DNA from: an uncultured Gammaproteobacteria bacterium | Lineage (GTDB): Bacteria > Patescibacteriota > Microgenomatia > UBA8517 | Length of the DNA: 64,000 nt | Assembly (NCBI GenBank): GCA_964617045.1 | Contig: CAZTVZ010000003.1 | Span: 32,257-96,256 of the forward strand | Direction of reading: 5' to 3' | In this document: in pieces, positions 36,928 to 47,575 of the stretch | Layout: each line of letters starts with the position of its first letter | How positions within the stretch are numbered: the stretch's first letter is position 1 | Translations under genes and position numbers: made by a program | The notes under the pieces: model-generated | The model's database searches: none | Seen by the model: only the letters and a program-made list of their open reading frames with translations | Told to the model about the DNA's origin: nothing

Positions 36928-39827
36928 GACATTTCTCTGCAAAATAAACTGAATTCGCAATTTCGACAGAATATATGTCCCGAGCATTTGAAATCCGATT
37001 TTTCAATTTCTTCTCTAACTCTGAATATTTCTTCTTCTGCCTGAATAAGTTGTTCCTTTGTTCTCATCGTAGATAATTTTTCTTGTTCATCCAGAAAATA
37101 CAATGATAGTTTAACTTTCTCCGGAGACACACCAAATGGTTTTTCGGTAATTTTGGATGCAGCGAGAGCATAAAATGAAAGCTGCAAATTATTATCAACT
37201 TCTTTTTGAGTGGGAATATTGGCACCCGTTTTGTAGTCAACAATTTCTATCGAACCGTCCGGAAGAATGTCCACCCTGTCAATTTTTCCACCTATTCTTA
37301 TACTTCTCCCCTTTCTGTCTCTTGGCAACAAAGGGATATTGAACATTTGTTCCATTGCGACCGGTTTGATTTTTGGATTAAAACCTGACTTTAAATATCC
37401 ACTCAAATACATACACCCTTTCATATAAAATTTTTCTCCGTGAGCTTTGTTGAGATACCCTTCGTTAATCCAGTTTTCTTTAAAAATATTATGAAGTAAT
37501 TCTTCGGTCGGCTTTTCCCCAATCAAAGTTTTTTCGTAAAATGCTTTCATTGTTAAGTGAATTGATGTTCCAAAACTTTGACTCGCTGTCTGGGGTGTTG
37601 GAAGACCATAAATATATTTCAACTTATAATGAAGCGGGCATATATTAAATGTTTCAATCTGGGAATATGACAAGTAATCAATTTTTAATTTCCTGGGTTC
37701 TTCTTCAACTTCACTTTCTGATTTCTTGTAATCTAGAAAACTTAATTGTGTAACAGAACCTTCATAATCTTTAATCTCTGCTTCGTCGCCCAAAGCTTCA
37801 AAGATAAAAGGAGACAATTTCTTTTCTCTTTTCCCTTCTCCATAGTAGTCTGCTGCGGTAAAAAACAATTTGTCTTTTGCCCTGGTCATACCCACATAAA
37901 AAAGCCTTCTTTCTTCCTGGATATGATAATCGCCTATTGGCAATATTTCTTTTATCATTCTTTCCGGAATGGGAATTTGCTCCGATCTTTGGCGAGAAGG
38001 AAAACGTTCGCCAACTAAATTGACCAAAAATACAACCGGGAATTCGAGACCTTTGGATGAATGAACAGTTAGTATATTTACGGCATTTACTTCGGTCCAA
38101 TCCGTATCAGCCGCCAGAGGTGACTCGCCCATCTCCGAAGATAACTCTAAATAATCGACCACAACGGGAACGGTGGAATCTTCATGATCTACTTCATAGC
38201 TTTTCAACTTATTAAAAAATTTGGAAATATTAGTGGCAATTTTCTCTGCGGCAGGGGTATCCGGAGACATCAATTTTTGCAGTAAACCAGTGTCTTCCAA
38301 ATAATCATAGAGAATTTGTCCCGCACTTTCTTTTTTTACTTCATATAGATGTTTTTTTATTATCCCGACAATCTTGGTTATCTTTTCTTTCGTGTCGGAT
38401 GAAACGTATATTTCATCTACTTTTTCGCAAGCTTCAAAAAGAGAAAGGTTTTTCCTTTTTGCATAATTCCCCAATGCGGCAATATCTCTGGGCAATATGT
38501 CGAAATAATCATTCCCAATAACCCTATATAGGGCAACTGAGTCTTCAAAATTATTTATTACTTTTAAATAGGATATTAAATCTATTATTTCCGATTGTTT
38601 GTAAAGTTTTCCGGGTCCTAAAAACTGAACCGGGATACCCTTCCTGTTTAACGCCCGGATAAATGGTTCTGCGTGGTCGTTTGCTCGAACAAGTATGGCA
38701 AAATCTTTGTATTGGTATCCCTCGTCGGATAGTTCCTTTATTTTCGTTGCAACCATTTCCGCTTCGTTTTCGACCCTCTTGGCATGCAGAAAAATTACTC
38801 TTTCTCCATCTTTTGATATCTGCGATATCAATTTTTTATTAATTTTTTCAACCGCTTCCAATCGATCCGGATTATTATTTTGAATGAGTTTATAGCTCTT
38901 ATTCAATATTTCCTGTGTGCTACGATAGTTCTTGGTTAATACAACAATTTTGGCTTTAGGAAAATGTTTCCGAAATTCAATAATATTTGAGACAGCTGCT
39001 CCTCTAAATCTATAAATCGACTGATCGTCATCTCCACAAACAGTAATGTTTTTGTCATCCCCGGCAAGAAGTATCGCTAGTTCATTTTGTGCATAGTTTG
39101 TATCCTGAAATTCGTCAATCAATATATATCTGAATTTTTTCTGATACTCCTTTAGTACATTTTTTCTTTTTTTGAAAAGCTGTAAAGTCTTGACGATTAG
39201 ATCTCCAAAGTCCATAAATCCGTTTTCGATTTTTATTTGGTCGTATGCTTTATAAGCTTCGGCCAATTCTTTGAATTTTTTGTAATCTTCTTTTTCTAGT
39301 TTCTCTTTGTTTTTATTTACCCATTCTAGATACTCTTCCGGACTAATATCTTCGTCTTGAAGTCTGGAAAAATGTTGCAACATCCCTTCAATAAATTTGT
39401 TGGGGTTTCCAAGAGGTCTAAAATAATCCAGTTTTAGTTTGAAAAGGTTATCTCTCAACAGTTGTGTTGCGGTTGCTTCTGAAAGAAGTGTGTATTTGGG
39501 GCTTATCCCAATCTGCAGTGCTTCTTGCCTGAGAATTCTGTCGCAAAAGGAGTGAAATGTTGATATCCACATTTGGGTGTATCCATACGGCATTGCAGTA
39601 TCCACTCTCTCTTCCATTTCTCTCGATGCTTTTTCAGTAAAGGTAAGTGCAAGCACTTCACAAGGTTTTGCGTATTTACCAAGAATTAAATATTTGATTC
39701 TTTCAGTGATAACGGTTGTCTTCCCCGTTCCCGCACCGGCAATAATCAATAAGGGTCCGTTTTTATGCTTAATGGCTTCTTCCTGTTCTTTGTTTAATCT
39801 TTTTCCTTCAACTATTTTTTTGATCAT
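36924..39827 (-). CDS. UvrD-like helicase fused to a PD-(D/E)XK nuclease with Fe-S-type cysteines (AdnAB/AddAB-like)
   Basis: IAGAGTGKT, IDEFQDTN, TVHSSKGLEF, EERRLFYVGMTRA; then LSYSQ..CP, GKIDRVD, IVDYKTG, QLSFYA, CRNCEFSLFC. Confidence 0.92.
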   Translation of the reverse strand: MIKKIVEGKRLNKEQEEAIKHKNGPLLIIAGAGTGKTTVITERIKYLILGKYAKPCEVLALTFTEKASREMEERVDTAMPYGYTQMWISTFHSFCDRILRQEALQIGISPKYTLLSEATATQLLRDNLFKLKLDYFRPLGNPNKFIEGMLQHFSRLQDEDISPEEYLEWVNKNKEKLEKEDYKKFKELAEAYKAYDQIKIENGFMDFGDLIVKTLQLFKKRKNVLKEYQKKFRYILIDEFQDTNYAQNELAILLAGDDKNITVCGDDDQSIYRFRGAAVSNIIEFRKHFPKAKIVVLTKNYRSTQEILNKSYKLIQNNNPDRLEAVEKINKKLISQISKDGERVIFLHAKRVENEAEMVATKIKELSDEGYQYKDFAILVRANDHAEPFIRALNRKGIPVQFLGPGKLYKQSEIIDLISYLKVINNFEDSVALYRVIGNDYFDILPRDIAALGNYAKRKNLSLFEACEKVDEIYVSSDTKEKITKIVGIIKKHLYEVKKESAGQILYDYLEDTGLLQKLMSPDTPAAEKIATNISKFFNKLKSYEVDHEDSTVPVVVDYLELSSEMGESPLAADTDWTEVNAVNILTVHSSKGLEFPVVFLVNLVGERFPSRQRSEQIPIPERMIKEILPIGDYHIQEERRLFYVGMTRAKDKLFFTAADYYGEGKREKKLSPFIFEALGDEAEIKDYEGSVTQLSFLDYKKSESEVEEEPRKLKIDYLSYSQIETFNICPLHYKLKYIYGLPTPQTASQSFGTSIHLTMKAFYEKTLIGEKPTEELLHNIFKENWINEGYLNKAHGEKFYMKGCMYLSGYLKSGFNPKIKPVAMEQMFNIPLLPRDRKGRSIRIGGKIDRVDILPDGSIEIVDYKTGANIPTQKEVDNNLQLSFYALAASKITEKPFGVSPEKVKLSLYFLDEQEKLSTMRTKEQLIQAEEEIFRVREEIEKSDFKCSGHIFCRNCEFSLFCREMS

Positions 39828-40825
39828 CAGAAGTCCTCATTCTTGGATATCTTCTTTACGCCATCACCCAAATTTTGGGTTGAAGCAATTTTTTGTCCCA
39901 ATTGGGAAAAAGTACTGAATACATTTCCCATCATGTTATAAGCATTATTTAAATGTTTTTGTAAAACACCCAAGTTGTCACCGACTTTTTCGTAATCTTT
40001 GTGAATTGCCCTTAGTGCAGACAGTATTTCTCTTGCCTGTGCTTCTATCTTCTGGCCTTCAAAACTCATTAAAATGGCTCTTATGTATGCATAAAAAGTC
40101 GTGGGAGAAACAGGGAGTACTCTTTTAGAACTTGCGTATTCAAATAGTTCCTGATTGTTAGCAACTTCGTAATATACAGCTTCCGAAGGGATATACATCA
40201 GAGCATAATCAATAGTTCCTTCCTCGGTTAAAATATATTTTTTGGAAATAGCATCAATATGTGATTTAACATCTCTTACAAATTCTTTTTCGTAAACTTT
40301 TTTCTCCGCACCGGTTCCGTCACCACTCATTTTTCGAAAATTTTCCAAAGGGAACTTGGAATCTATCGGGATAATTCCGGCCTGGGTTTTGATTGCTGCG
40401 TCAACCTTCTCTCCCGATTTGAAAGTGTACTGTAAATTGAAGGAGCTTTTAGGAAGCATCTGACCCAAAAGTTCTTTGAGAACTTGTTCTCCGATATTTC
40501 CTCTTAATTTTGGGCTGCTTAAAAATTCTTGTAATTCTTTCATCCCTCGTCCTATCTCACTCATTTCACCGATATTTCTTTGCACGGAAGAGATTACTTT
40601 TGCGGCATTATCAAGTCGTTCATTCAGAGATCTTGTCGATTCGTTTAACGATCTGCTGATATTTTTATTTTGCTCATCAAGCCTTGTATTTGTTGTTCTT
40701 AAGTATTCCAGAAGTTCCTCTGAGGGCTTTTGAGAATCTTTTATCTCGGATAGTTTTTTATTAATAAGAAGGCCAACTATTACGACAACTGCAAGTATAA
40801 TAACAAGTATTAGGGTTGGGTCCAT
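39827..40825 (-). CDS. rmuC: DNA recombination protein RmuC
   Basis: TM, coiled coil, PKLRGNIGEQVL, IDSKFP, YIPSEAVY, VSPTT; ATG 40825. Confidence 0.92.
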   Translation of the reverse strand: MDPTLILVIILAVVVIVGLLINKKLSEIKDSQKPSEELLEYLRTTNTRLDEQNKNISRSLNESTRSLNERLDNAAKVISSVQRNIGEMSEIGRGMKELQEFLSSPKLRGNIGEQVLKELLGQMLPKSSFNLQYTFKSGEKVDAAIKTQAGIIPIDSKFPLENFRKMSGDGTGAEKKVYEKEFVRDVKSHIDAISKKYILTEEGTIDYALMYIPSEAVYYEVANNQELFEYASSKRVLPVSPTTFYAYIRAILMSFEGQKIEAQAREILSALRAIHKDYEKVGDNLGVLQKHLNNAYNMMGNVFSTFSQLGQKIASTQNLGDGVKKISKNEDF

Positions 40826-40864
40826 TGCAAGACATAATAACACTAACCTAAACTAAATAAAACG

Positions 40865-41203
40865 ATGAAGAATTCGCTAAGAAAAAAAGAAATTATTAAA
40901 AGAAAAAACTTTTTTCCAACCTTAATCGTAACAATCCTTGTGTGGTTGTCTTTAGGTTTCCTGATATATTTTGTCGAACCTGATTTTATGTTTGCTATTC
41001 CCCTATTTTTTATCCTGGTATTCTTTGCTTTATTGTTTACTTTTTCAACAATTCTTGTAAACAGTCGACAAGGTTTAATTGTCAGCTTAACTTTGACAAC
41101 ATTTTTAATTCTTCGATATTTTGGAGTGGGAAACATTATTAACTTTCTTCTCCTGATGGGGCTAGCAATTACACTGGAATTATTTATTCAAAAAAGAAAA
41201 TAG
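40865..41203 (+). CDS. Hypothetical small polytopic membrane protein
   Basis: 112 aa, about 4 hydrophobic segments, basic termini; fills the gap divergent from rmuC. Confidence 0.7.
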   Translation: MKNSLRKKEIIKRKNFFPTLIVTILVWLSLGFLIYFVEPDFMFAIPLFFILVFFALLFTFSTILVNSRQGLIVSLTLTTFLILRYFGVGNIINFLLLMGLAITLELFIQKRK

Positions 41204-41208
41204 TTTAC

Positions 41209-41236
41209 TTGACTCATTCTCCAATCTTGATATACT
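41209..41236 (+). promoter_or_regulatory. Promoter of the TrpR-like gene
   Basis: TTGACT, 16 nt, TATACT. Confidence 0.55.
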
Positions 41237-41253
41237 GCCCTTACATTTTTAAA

Positions 41254-41616
41254 ATGCGTATTTCCGAACAAAAAATCAATAAAATATTAAGAAACCAAAT
41301 TATTCGTACTCTTGCTCAAACCCTTGCTGACTTCAACAAAACCGATCAAATGGAAGTATTCCTCAAAGATTTTTTTAACGACAGTGAATTGGAAACATTT
41401 GCCAAAAGACTCGCCGTTGCATATTGGCTAAGAAAAAAGAGAAGTTATGTGAATATCAAGGAAAATTTGAAAGTATCTTCCGCAACAATTGCATCAATTC
41501 AAGATACGCTGGAAAGACCCGGAATGAAATTGGCCATAAAGGACATGGAGGCAGAGGAATGGGCGAACGTATGGAGCGAAAAAATAAAGGGCTTTATCAA
41601 TCACAAAAACGCATAA
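41254..41616 (+). CDS. TrpR/YerC-YecD-like helix-turn-helix protein
   Basis: FLKDFFNDSE...AKRLAVA..L....SY..I...LKVSSATIA; ATG 41254. Confidence 0.82.
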   Translation: MRISEQKINKILRNQIIRTLAQTLADFNKTDQMEVFLKDFFNDSELETFAKRLAVAYWLRKKRSYVNIKENLKVSSATIASIQDTLERPGMKLAIKDMEAEEWANVWSEKIKGFINHKNA

Positions 41617-41670
41617 AGCAATAATCCCCTTGTAGTAGCTTCGAACCTGATTTCGCGATAAAATACGCTT

Positions 41671-43062
41671 ATGGGAAACAAATTTTTTGTCACAACAGCA
41701 ATCGACTACACTAACGATGTAATCCATATTGGACACGCTTATCAAAAAATAATTGCCGACATATTTGCCAGATATCATCGACAAAAAGGCGAGGATGTCT
41801 TTTTTTTGACAGGAACGGACGAACACGGAGGAACAAGTGAACAGGCCGCAAAAAAAGAGGGCATAACCCCAAGTGAATATGTAAACAGGATATCCGAGAA
41901 AGACAGGCTTGAACTTGATTCTTTAAATATTTCATACGACCGATTTATAAGGACAACGGATTTAGACCATAAAGAGCTGGTCAAAGAGTTTTATGAAAAA
42001 GTCAAATCCCAAGGAGATATATACAAAGGAGAATATGAAGGATTCTACTGTACAGGTTGCGAATCAGCAAAAAGAAATAACGAAATAGTAGACGGCAAGT
42101 GCCCTCTTCATCCAACAAAAGATTTGGAAACAATTAAAGAAGAAAACTATTTTTTCAAATGGTCAAAATACAAAGATTTTTTGATAGATCTGATTCAAAA
42201 CAATCCCGAATTTGTACAACCTGAATCCCAAAGAAAAAATATGTTGGGATTTTTAAAAGAAGGTCTGGAAGATATTGCAATATCAAGACCAACATCAAAA
42301 GTCTCTTGGGGAATTCCGGTTCCCGATGACCCCGACCAAGTTATCTATGTTTGGTTTGATGCACTAATAAACTATATTACCGGAGCTCCCGAATGTTGGC
42401 CTGCAGATATTCATATTTTGGGAAAAGATAACGTCAGGTGGCATGCTCTTCTGTGGCCGGCAATGCTTAAATCAGCAGGCTTTGAATTGCCAAAAACAAT
42501 TTATGGGCACGGTTTTATTACACTCAATGGAGAAAAGATCAGTAAAAGCAGGGGTAATGTTATTAGACCATCTGAACTTACCGAAAAATATGGAGTAGAT
42601 TCCGTAAGATATTACTTCGCAAAATTTGGGCCTTGGCTTGAAGATACCGATCTTTCAATTTCGAAATTGGAAGAAGCATACAATTCCGACCTTGCAAACG
42701 GATTAGGGAACTTGGTGGCAAGAGTAGCCAAACTCTGCGAAAAAAGCGGATTAAAATTTGAAACAATAGAGGAATGTTTTTATCCGGAATTGGAAAAACA
42801 TTTAGATAATCTTTCACCCCAACTTGCTTTGGAATATATTTGGAATACAAAAATTCAAGAAGCCAACAAATATGTTGACGAAAAGCAACCCTGGGCATTA
42901 AGCGGAGATCAATTAAAAGAAGTGCTCGAAAACCTAGTCAATGCAGTCAGACAAATTGCTTTTAACATTAAACCCTATTTACCCGAAACATCTGATAAAA
43001 TAAGCGAGCAGTTTAATCGGGGCAGGATCTCCGCAGAAGACCCGCTCTTCCCAAGAATTTAA
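41671..43062 (+). CDS. metG: Methionine--tRNA ligase (short form)
   Basis: FFVTTAIDY..HIGHAY, LTGTDEHG, YC.GCE..CPLH, YVWFDAL.NY, GKD, KISKS. Confidence 0.97.
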   Translation: MGNKFFVTTAIDYTNDVIHIGHAYQKIIADIFARYHRQKGEDVFFLTGTDEHGGTSEQAAKKEGITPSEYVNRISEKDRLELDSLNISYDRFIRTTDLDHKELVKEFYEKVKSQGDIYKGEYEGFYCTGCESAKRNNEIVDGKCPLHPTKDLETIKEENYFFKWSKYKDFLIDLIQNNPEFVQPESQRKNMLGFLKEGLEDIAISRPTSKVSWGIPVPDDPDQVIYVWFDALINYITGAPECWPADIHILGKDNVRWHALLWPAMLKSAGFELPKTIYGHGFITLNGEKISKSRGNVIRPSELTEKYGVDSVRYYFAKFGPWLEDTDLSISKLEEAYNSDLANGLGNLVARVAKLCEKSGLKFETIEECFYPELEKHLDNLSPQLALEYIWNTKIQEANKYVDEKQPWALSGDQLKEVLENLVNAVRQIAFNIKPYLPETSDKISEQFNRGRISAEDPLFPRI

Positions 43063-44553
43063 ATGAAAAATTTTATCGTTAAACATGACAGGTTTTTTCA
43101 AAGATTGCTGGAAATTCTTCCCGGCTTTTTTTCTTGGAATGTAATACTTTTCCCTTACTGGGGTATTTTCGTAATACCGGACGTTGTCGCCTACTTCGTT
43201 CTTCTCTATAACATTTACTGGTTTTATCAGTCGGTCCAAATAGCAGGATCGGCAATTATTTCCCATCTTAGGATTCAGGCTTCAATGAATTACGATTGGA
43301 TAGGAGATTTAAAAAATTTTCCAGATTACAAGAAGGTTCACCATGTAGTAATTATTCCAACCTACAAAGAGCCTCTGCACATCTTGCAAAGAACTCTTAA
43401 TTCACTTGCCGGACAGACACTGTCAACAAAACAGATTACTGCAGTTCTGGCAATGGAAAAGAAAGAACCGGAAGAGGACAGACTTGCAAAAGTAAAGGTT
43501 TTGAAAAAAGAGTTCGGTAAAGTCTTTGCAAACCTAATTATTACGGTACACGAATTACAGGTCGGAGAAGTTGTTGGTAAAGCATCAAACGAAAGATACG
43601 CTGCTATTGAAGTAAAAAAACAACTAGTCGACAAGGAGGGTATGAATATCGACTACATGACGGTTACATCCTGTGATGCAGACCACAAATACCATCCTCA
43701 ACATTTTGCAGTACTTACCTATCGATTCCTTGATAATCCAAACAGATATAAATTCTTCTGGCAACCGGCAGTCATGTTTTACAACAATATCTGGGAGCTT
43801 CCGGCGATAACAAGAGTTCCCAATACTTTTGGTTCTATATGGAACTTATCTCAACTTCCTCGAAAAGACAGATTGATAAATGCTCAGAACTATTCTTTGT
43901 CGTTCAAGCTTCTTGATAGAGTTGGATATTGGGATGCAAGCATTATCCCTGAAGACTGGAACATATTTTTCAAAGCTTTTTATAAAGCAGGAGGAGGAAT
44001 AGAAGTCGAACCGATTTATCTTCCCTTGCATGCAGACGCAGCTCAATCAACATCTTTCTGGAAAACAGTTAAGAATCAGTATGAACAATTTAAACGATGG
44101 GCTTGGGGCGTATCCGACGATCCCTGGATAATCAAAAATTATTTGTCCACACCCGAAATTCCATTTTGGGATAAAACAATGAGACTTCTTACAGCACTGT
44201 GGGCACATTTCTTGTGGCCTGTAAACTGGTTCATCATCACCTTGGGTATTACAATTCCCACCCTCCTTAATCCTGCATTTGGAAGAACAACATTGGGCTA
44301 TACGGTTCCCAAGTTGTCATCCTTTATCCTAACCGTAGCTTTAGCTTTCCTTGTTGTCACTCTGATAATCGACTATATCTACAAGCCGAAAAGACCGCAG
44401 GGATTCCCTTTGTGGAGAGCGATTCTTGTGCCTTTTGAATTTGTATTGATGCCCATCGCCGGATTTTTCTTTTCGGCTCTTCCCGGTCTTGATGCTCACA
44501 CAAGACTTATGCTTGGAAAATACATTGAATACAAAGTTACTGAAAAAGTATAA
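43063..44553 (+). CDS. Membrane GT2 family glycosyltransferase
   Basis: VIIPTYKEP, GKASNE, CDAD (DxD), IPEDW, QFKRWAWG (QxxRW), flanking TMs. Confidence 0.88.
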   Translation: MKNFIVKHDRFFQRLLEILPGFFSWNVILFPYWGIFVIPDVVAYFVLLYNIYWFYQSVQIAGSAIISHLRIQASMNYDWIGDLKNFPDYKKVHHVVIIPTYKEPLHILQRTLNSLAGQTLSTKQITAVLAMEKKEPEEDRLAKVKVLKKEFGKVFANLIITVHELQVGEVVGKASNERYAAIEVKKQLVDKEGMNIDYMTVTSCDADHKYHPQHFAVLTYRFLDNPNRYKFFWQPAVMFYNNIWELPAITRVPNTFGSIWNLSQLPRKDRLINAQNYSLSFKLLDRVGYWDASIIPEDWNIFFKAFYKAGGGIEVEPIYLPLHADAAQSTSFWKTVKNQYEQFKRWAWGVSDDPWIIKNYLSTPEIPFWDKTMRLLTALWAHFLWPVNWFIITLGITIPTLLNPAFGRTTLGYTVPKLSSFILTVALAFLVVTLIIDYIYKPKRPQGFPLWRAILVPFEFVLMPIAGFFFSALPGLDAHTRLMLGKYIEYKVTEKV

Positions 44554-44596
44554 TTTATATTTTCCTCACAACTAAGTTATACTAATTAAGAATCCC

Positions 44597-46099
44597 ATGA
44601 ATAAACTTCGGGAACACTTGAATTTAATAATTGGAAAAACACAAATACCAAAGTGGTTGGCCATACTGCTTGGAATAATAATTGTTCTTAGAATCCCCTC
44701 TCTTTTTGAACCTTTTTACTATGGTGACGAAACAATATATCTGACTTTGGGAAACGGAATAAAAAAAGGGCTAGTCCTCTATCAACAAATATATGACAAC
44801 AAACCTCCCCTTCTTTATCTGACTGCGGCAATCGCAGGGAATGTTTTTTGGTTTAAAGCAATCCTTCTTCTTTGGAATATGATTACGGTAACTATCTTCT
44901 GGCATTTATCTAAGTTATTCTTTTCGGGTAAAGAAAAAATTATAAAAATAGCAACAATAATTTTCGGCGTTCTAACATCCATACCTATGTTTGAAGGAAA
45001 TATTGCCAATGCCGAATTATTCATGATTGGTCCAATTATTTTAGCCATATTTCTTCTTTTTAAAGAAAAATCTTCCTGGATTAACAAATTAATTGCGGGT
45101 GTTCTTTTTGCAATTGCAGCACTTTATAAAATGCCCGCAGCATTTGATTTACCTGCAATCATTGTCTTTTGGCTTATCACGAACGGTTTTACAAAGGAAG
45201 GTATTAAAAAATCCTTAAAGGACACCTTACTACTGCTGATTGGGTTTGCTATTCCGCTGATCGGTTCCTTTATTTATTTCTTCTTCAAAGGTGCAGTTTT
45301 GGATTATTTGTTTGCTGCCTATTTGCAAAACTTCGGTTATTTATCCAGCTGGAGAGAGGGTTCACAAGGCGGATCACTTCTTAATAATCTTCCTCTTATT
45401 ATTAGAGGTTCAATTGTTATTGCTGGAATCTTAGTTTTGTATATTAAAAGAAAAATTTTATCCAAAGAATTTCTGTTTATTTGTATTTGGCTGCTATTCG
45501 GACTTTTTGCCGTTGCTCTTTCCGAAAGACCATATCCGCATTACTTAATTCAAGTTGTTCCGGAAATATCTCTCCTTTTGGGAATCCTTATTGCCGATAA
45601 AACAATAAAACAAAGTCTTGTTGTTATTCCCTTACTCTTAGCGTTTTCCGTACCGGTAATCTACAAGTTCTGGTATTATCCCTCAACTTCCTACTATGCC
45701 AAGTTTATTAAATTTTCTTTAGGAATAAAAAACAGAGCCGAATACTTTTCTTCATTTGGGAAATATGTTAATCATAATTACGAGCTAGCCGATTTTATTG
45801 GAAATGCCACAGCCCCTGACGAAAAGATATTTGTTTGGGGTCCAGAAAGTCCAAACATCTATTCTCTCTCCAGAAGACTTCCGCCATCGAAATACGTTGC
45901 CGATTATCACTTTTTCGATTATGCCGACATGAAGAAAGAAGCAGACATCATAATCAATGCAAAGCCTTCATTTATTATCGTTCTTTCCAACTCCAGACCC
46001 TATCCAGAACTTACTTCCCAAATAAAGAAACATTATTATCAAATATCCGACACTAACGGTTCGGAAATATGGAGAATAAGAAGAATACCTCTAAAATAA
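44597..46099 (+). CDS. GT-C (PMT/ArnT-like) membrane glycosyltransferase
   Basis: DE.IY after TM1, LYQQIYDNKPPLLY, ANAELF, RPYPHYLIQ; many TMs plus a soluble C-domain. Confidence 0.82.
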   Translation: MNKLREHLNLIIGKTQIPKWLAILLGIIIVLRIPSLFEPFYYGDETIYLTLGNGIKKGLVLYQQIYDNKPPLLYLTAAIAGNVFWFKAILLLWNMITVTIFWHLSKLFFSGKEKIIKIATIIFGVLTSIPMFEGNIANAELFMIGPIILAIFLLFKEKSSWINKLIAGVLFAIAALYKMPAAFDLPAIIVFWLITNGFTKEGIKKSLKDTLLLLIGFAIPLIGSFIYFFFKGAVLDYLFAAYLQNFGYLSSWREGSQGGSLLNNLPLIIRGSIVIAGILVLYIKRKILSKEFLFICIWLLFGLFAVALSERPYPHYLIQVVPEISLLLGILIADKTIKQSLVVIPLLLAFSVPVIYKFWYYPSTSYYAKFIKFSLGIKNRAEYFSSFGKYVNHNYELADFIGNATAPDEKIFVWGPESPNIYSLSRRLPPSKYVADYHFFDYADMKKEADIIINAKPSFIIVLSNSRPYPELTSQIKKHYYQISDTNGSEIWRIRRIPLK

Positions 46100-46136
46100 T
46101 TGTCAGTCGAACTCACTTAGAGTAAAATTACGCAAG

Positions 46137-46496
46137 ATGAAGTTTCCTTCTAAACAATTTATTGATACAAAAAAGCTACCCTTTTTGACTTACATCTATG
46201 CCGCATCGATTATTAATATTTTAATTATCGGAACTACTTTTCTCATCCAGAATTTACTTCCTCCAGAAATACCTCTCTATTACGGACTAGCCGAAGGGCA
46301 AGAACAAATAGCTAAATCCATATTTCTGTTTGTTCCCAATTCGATTTCTCTGTTGATATTAATAATAAATTCCGCAATAGCCTCTTATATTAAACAGGAT
46401 TATTATAAAAAAATACTAATTGTCGCGGGATTAATATCAACCTTTTTCGCATCAATCACAGTATTTAAAATAGTGTTTTTGGTCGGAAGTTTCTAA
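46137..46496 (+). CDS. Small membrane protein (DUF1648-like)
   Basis: Three TMs with an LPPEIPLYYG...G loop. Confidence 0.65.
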   Translation: MKFPSKQFIDTKKLPFLTYIYAASIINILIIGTTFLIQNLLPPEIPLYYGLAEGQEQIAKSIFLFVPNSISLLILIINSAIASYIKQDYYKKILIVAGLISTFFASITVFKIVFLVGSF

Positions 46497-46498
46497 AC

Positions 46499-47575
46499 AT
46501 GGACAACTTTAAAATATTATCTTTCTGGCCGGGTATTGTTGGTGCTGCTATCTCTTTCGCACTTACCCCTATTGCAATAAAAATTGCGAACAAGTTCGGC
46601 TTGATTGACGATCCAAATAAAAACAAGCATGAAAAAGTGATCCATACTTATCCAATTCCAAGAGGAGGAGGAATGGCCATTTTTGCTTCAATTTTAATTG
46701 CTTCCATCATCTTCCTTCCCTTAGATAAACACATGCAGGGGATTCTTCTTGGAGCAACAATTATTGCAATCATGGGTTTTCTGGATGATAAATACAATTT
46801 GAACCCTTATCTGCGTTTGGGATTGGGAGCGTTGGCCGCATTAATGCCAATCGCTTCCGGAATCGGAATAGCTTTTCTTTCAAATCCATTAGGCGGAATA
46901 ATCGATCTTTCTCAACCCCAACTGACATTTAATCTATTGGGTGAAACAAGAAGCCTTTGGTTACTGTCAGATTTGTTTGCCTTACTCTGGATTGTATTTA
47001 TGATGAACATGCTCAACATGGGGGCCAAAGGTATAGATGGACAGCTGACTGGGGTTGTTGTTGTTGCAGCCGCAACAATTGCCGCTCTTTCCATGAAATT
47101 TTCGGCAGACATCACTCAATGGCCCGTAATAATTCTCGCTTCCATTATGTCGGGTGCATATTTGGGGTTTTTACCTTGGCACGTATACCCTCAAAAAATA
47201 ATGCCCAGTTATGGTGGTGCCACGCTTGCCGGGTATCTTCTGGCGGTTCTTTCTATTCTATCCACCACCAAAGTAGGCACTCTTATCATTGTCCTGGGGG
47301 TTCCCCTTGTGGACACGGGTTATGTAATAGTCAGGAGAATATTATCAGGCAAATCCCCTGTTTGGGGAGACAGAGGCCATTTGCATCATAAATTGTTGGA
47401 TATTGGTTGGAGCAAGCCTATGGTTGCAATATTTTATTGGACCATTACATTAATCCTTGGAGTGATTGCTTTATATTTGAATACCCCAAATAAGTTATAT
47501 ACAATTGTCGGAGTAGCAATATTTGTAGGAGGATTAATTTTGTGGCTAACTTACCATCCCAAATCATCAAAATAA
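46499..47575 (+). CDS. Polyprenyl-phosphate sugar-1-phosphate transferase (WecA/TagO, MraY superfamily)
   Basis: GLIDDP..H..PIPRGGG, GFLDDK, N....GIDG, VPLVDT..VIVRR, DRGHLHHKLL. Confidence 0.9.
   Translation: MDNFKILSFWPGIVGAAISFALTPIAIKIANKFGLIDDPNKNKHEKVIHTYPIPRGGGMAIFASILIASIIFLPLDKHMQGILLGATIIAIMGFLDDKYNLNPYLRLGLGALAALMPIASGIGIAFLSNPLGGIIDLSQPQLTFNLLGETRSLWLLSDLFALLWIVFMMNMLNMGAKGIDGQLTGVVVVAAATIAALSMKFSADITQWPVIILASIMSGAYLGFLPWHVYPQKIMPSYGGATLAGYLLAVLSILSTTKVGTLIIVLGVPLVDTGYVIVRRILSGKSPVWGDRGHLHHKLLDIGWSKPMVAIFYWTITLILGVIALYLNTPNKLYTIVGVAIFVGGLILWLTYHPKSSK

Noticed and set aside
36924-37700. Cas4-like nuclease domain as evidence of CRISPR-Cas
   Set aside because: It is fused to a UvrD helicase, as in AddAB/AdnAB-type repair enzymes; no array or other cas genes are present.
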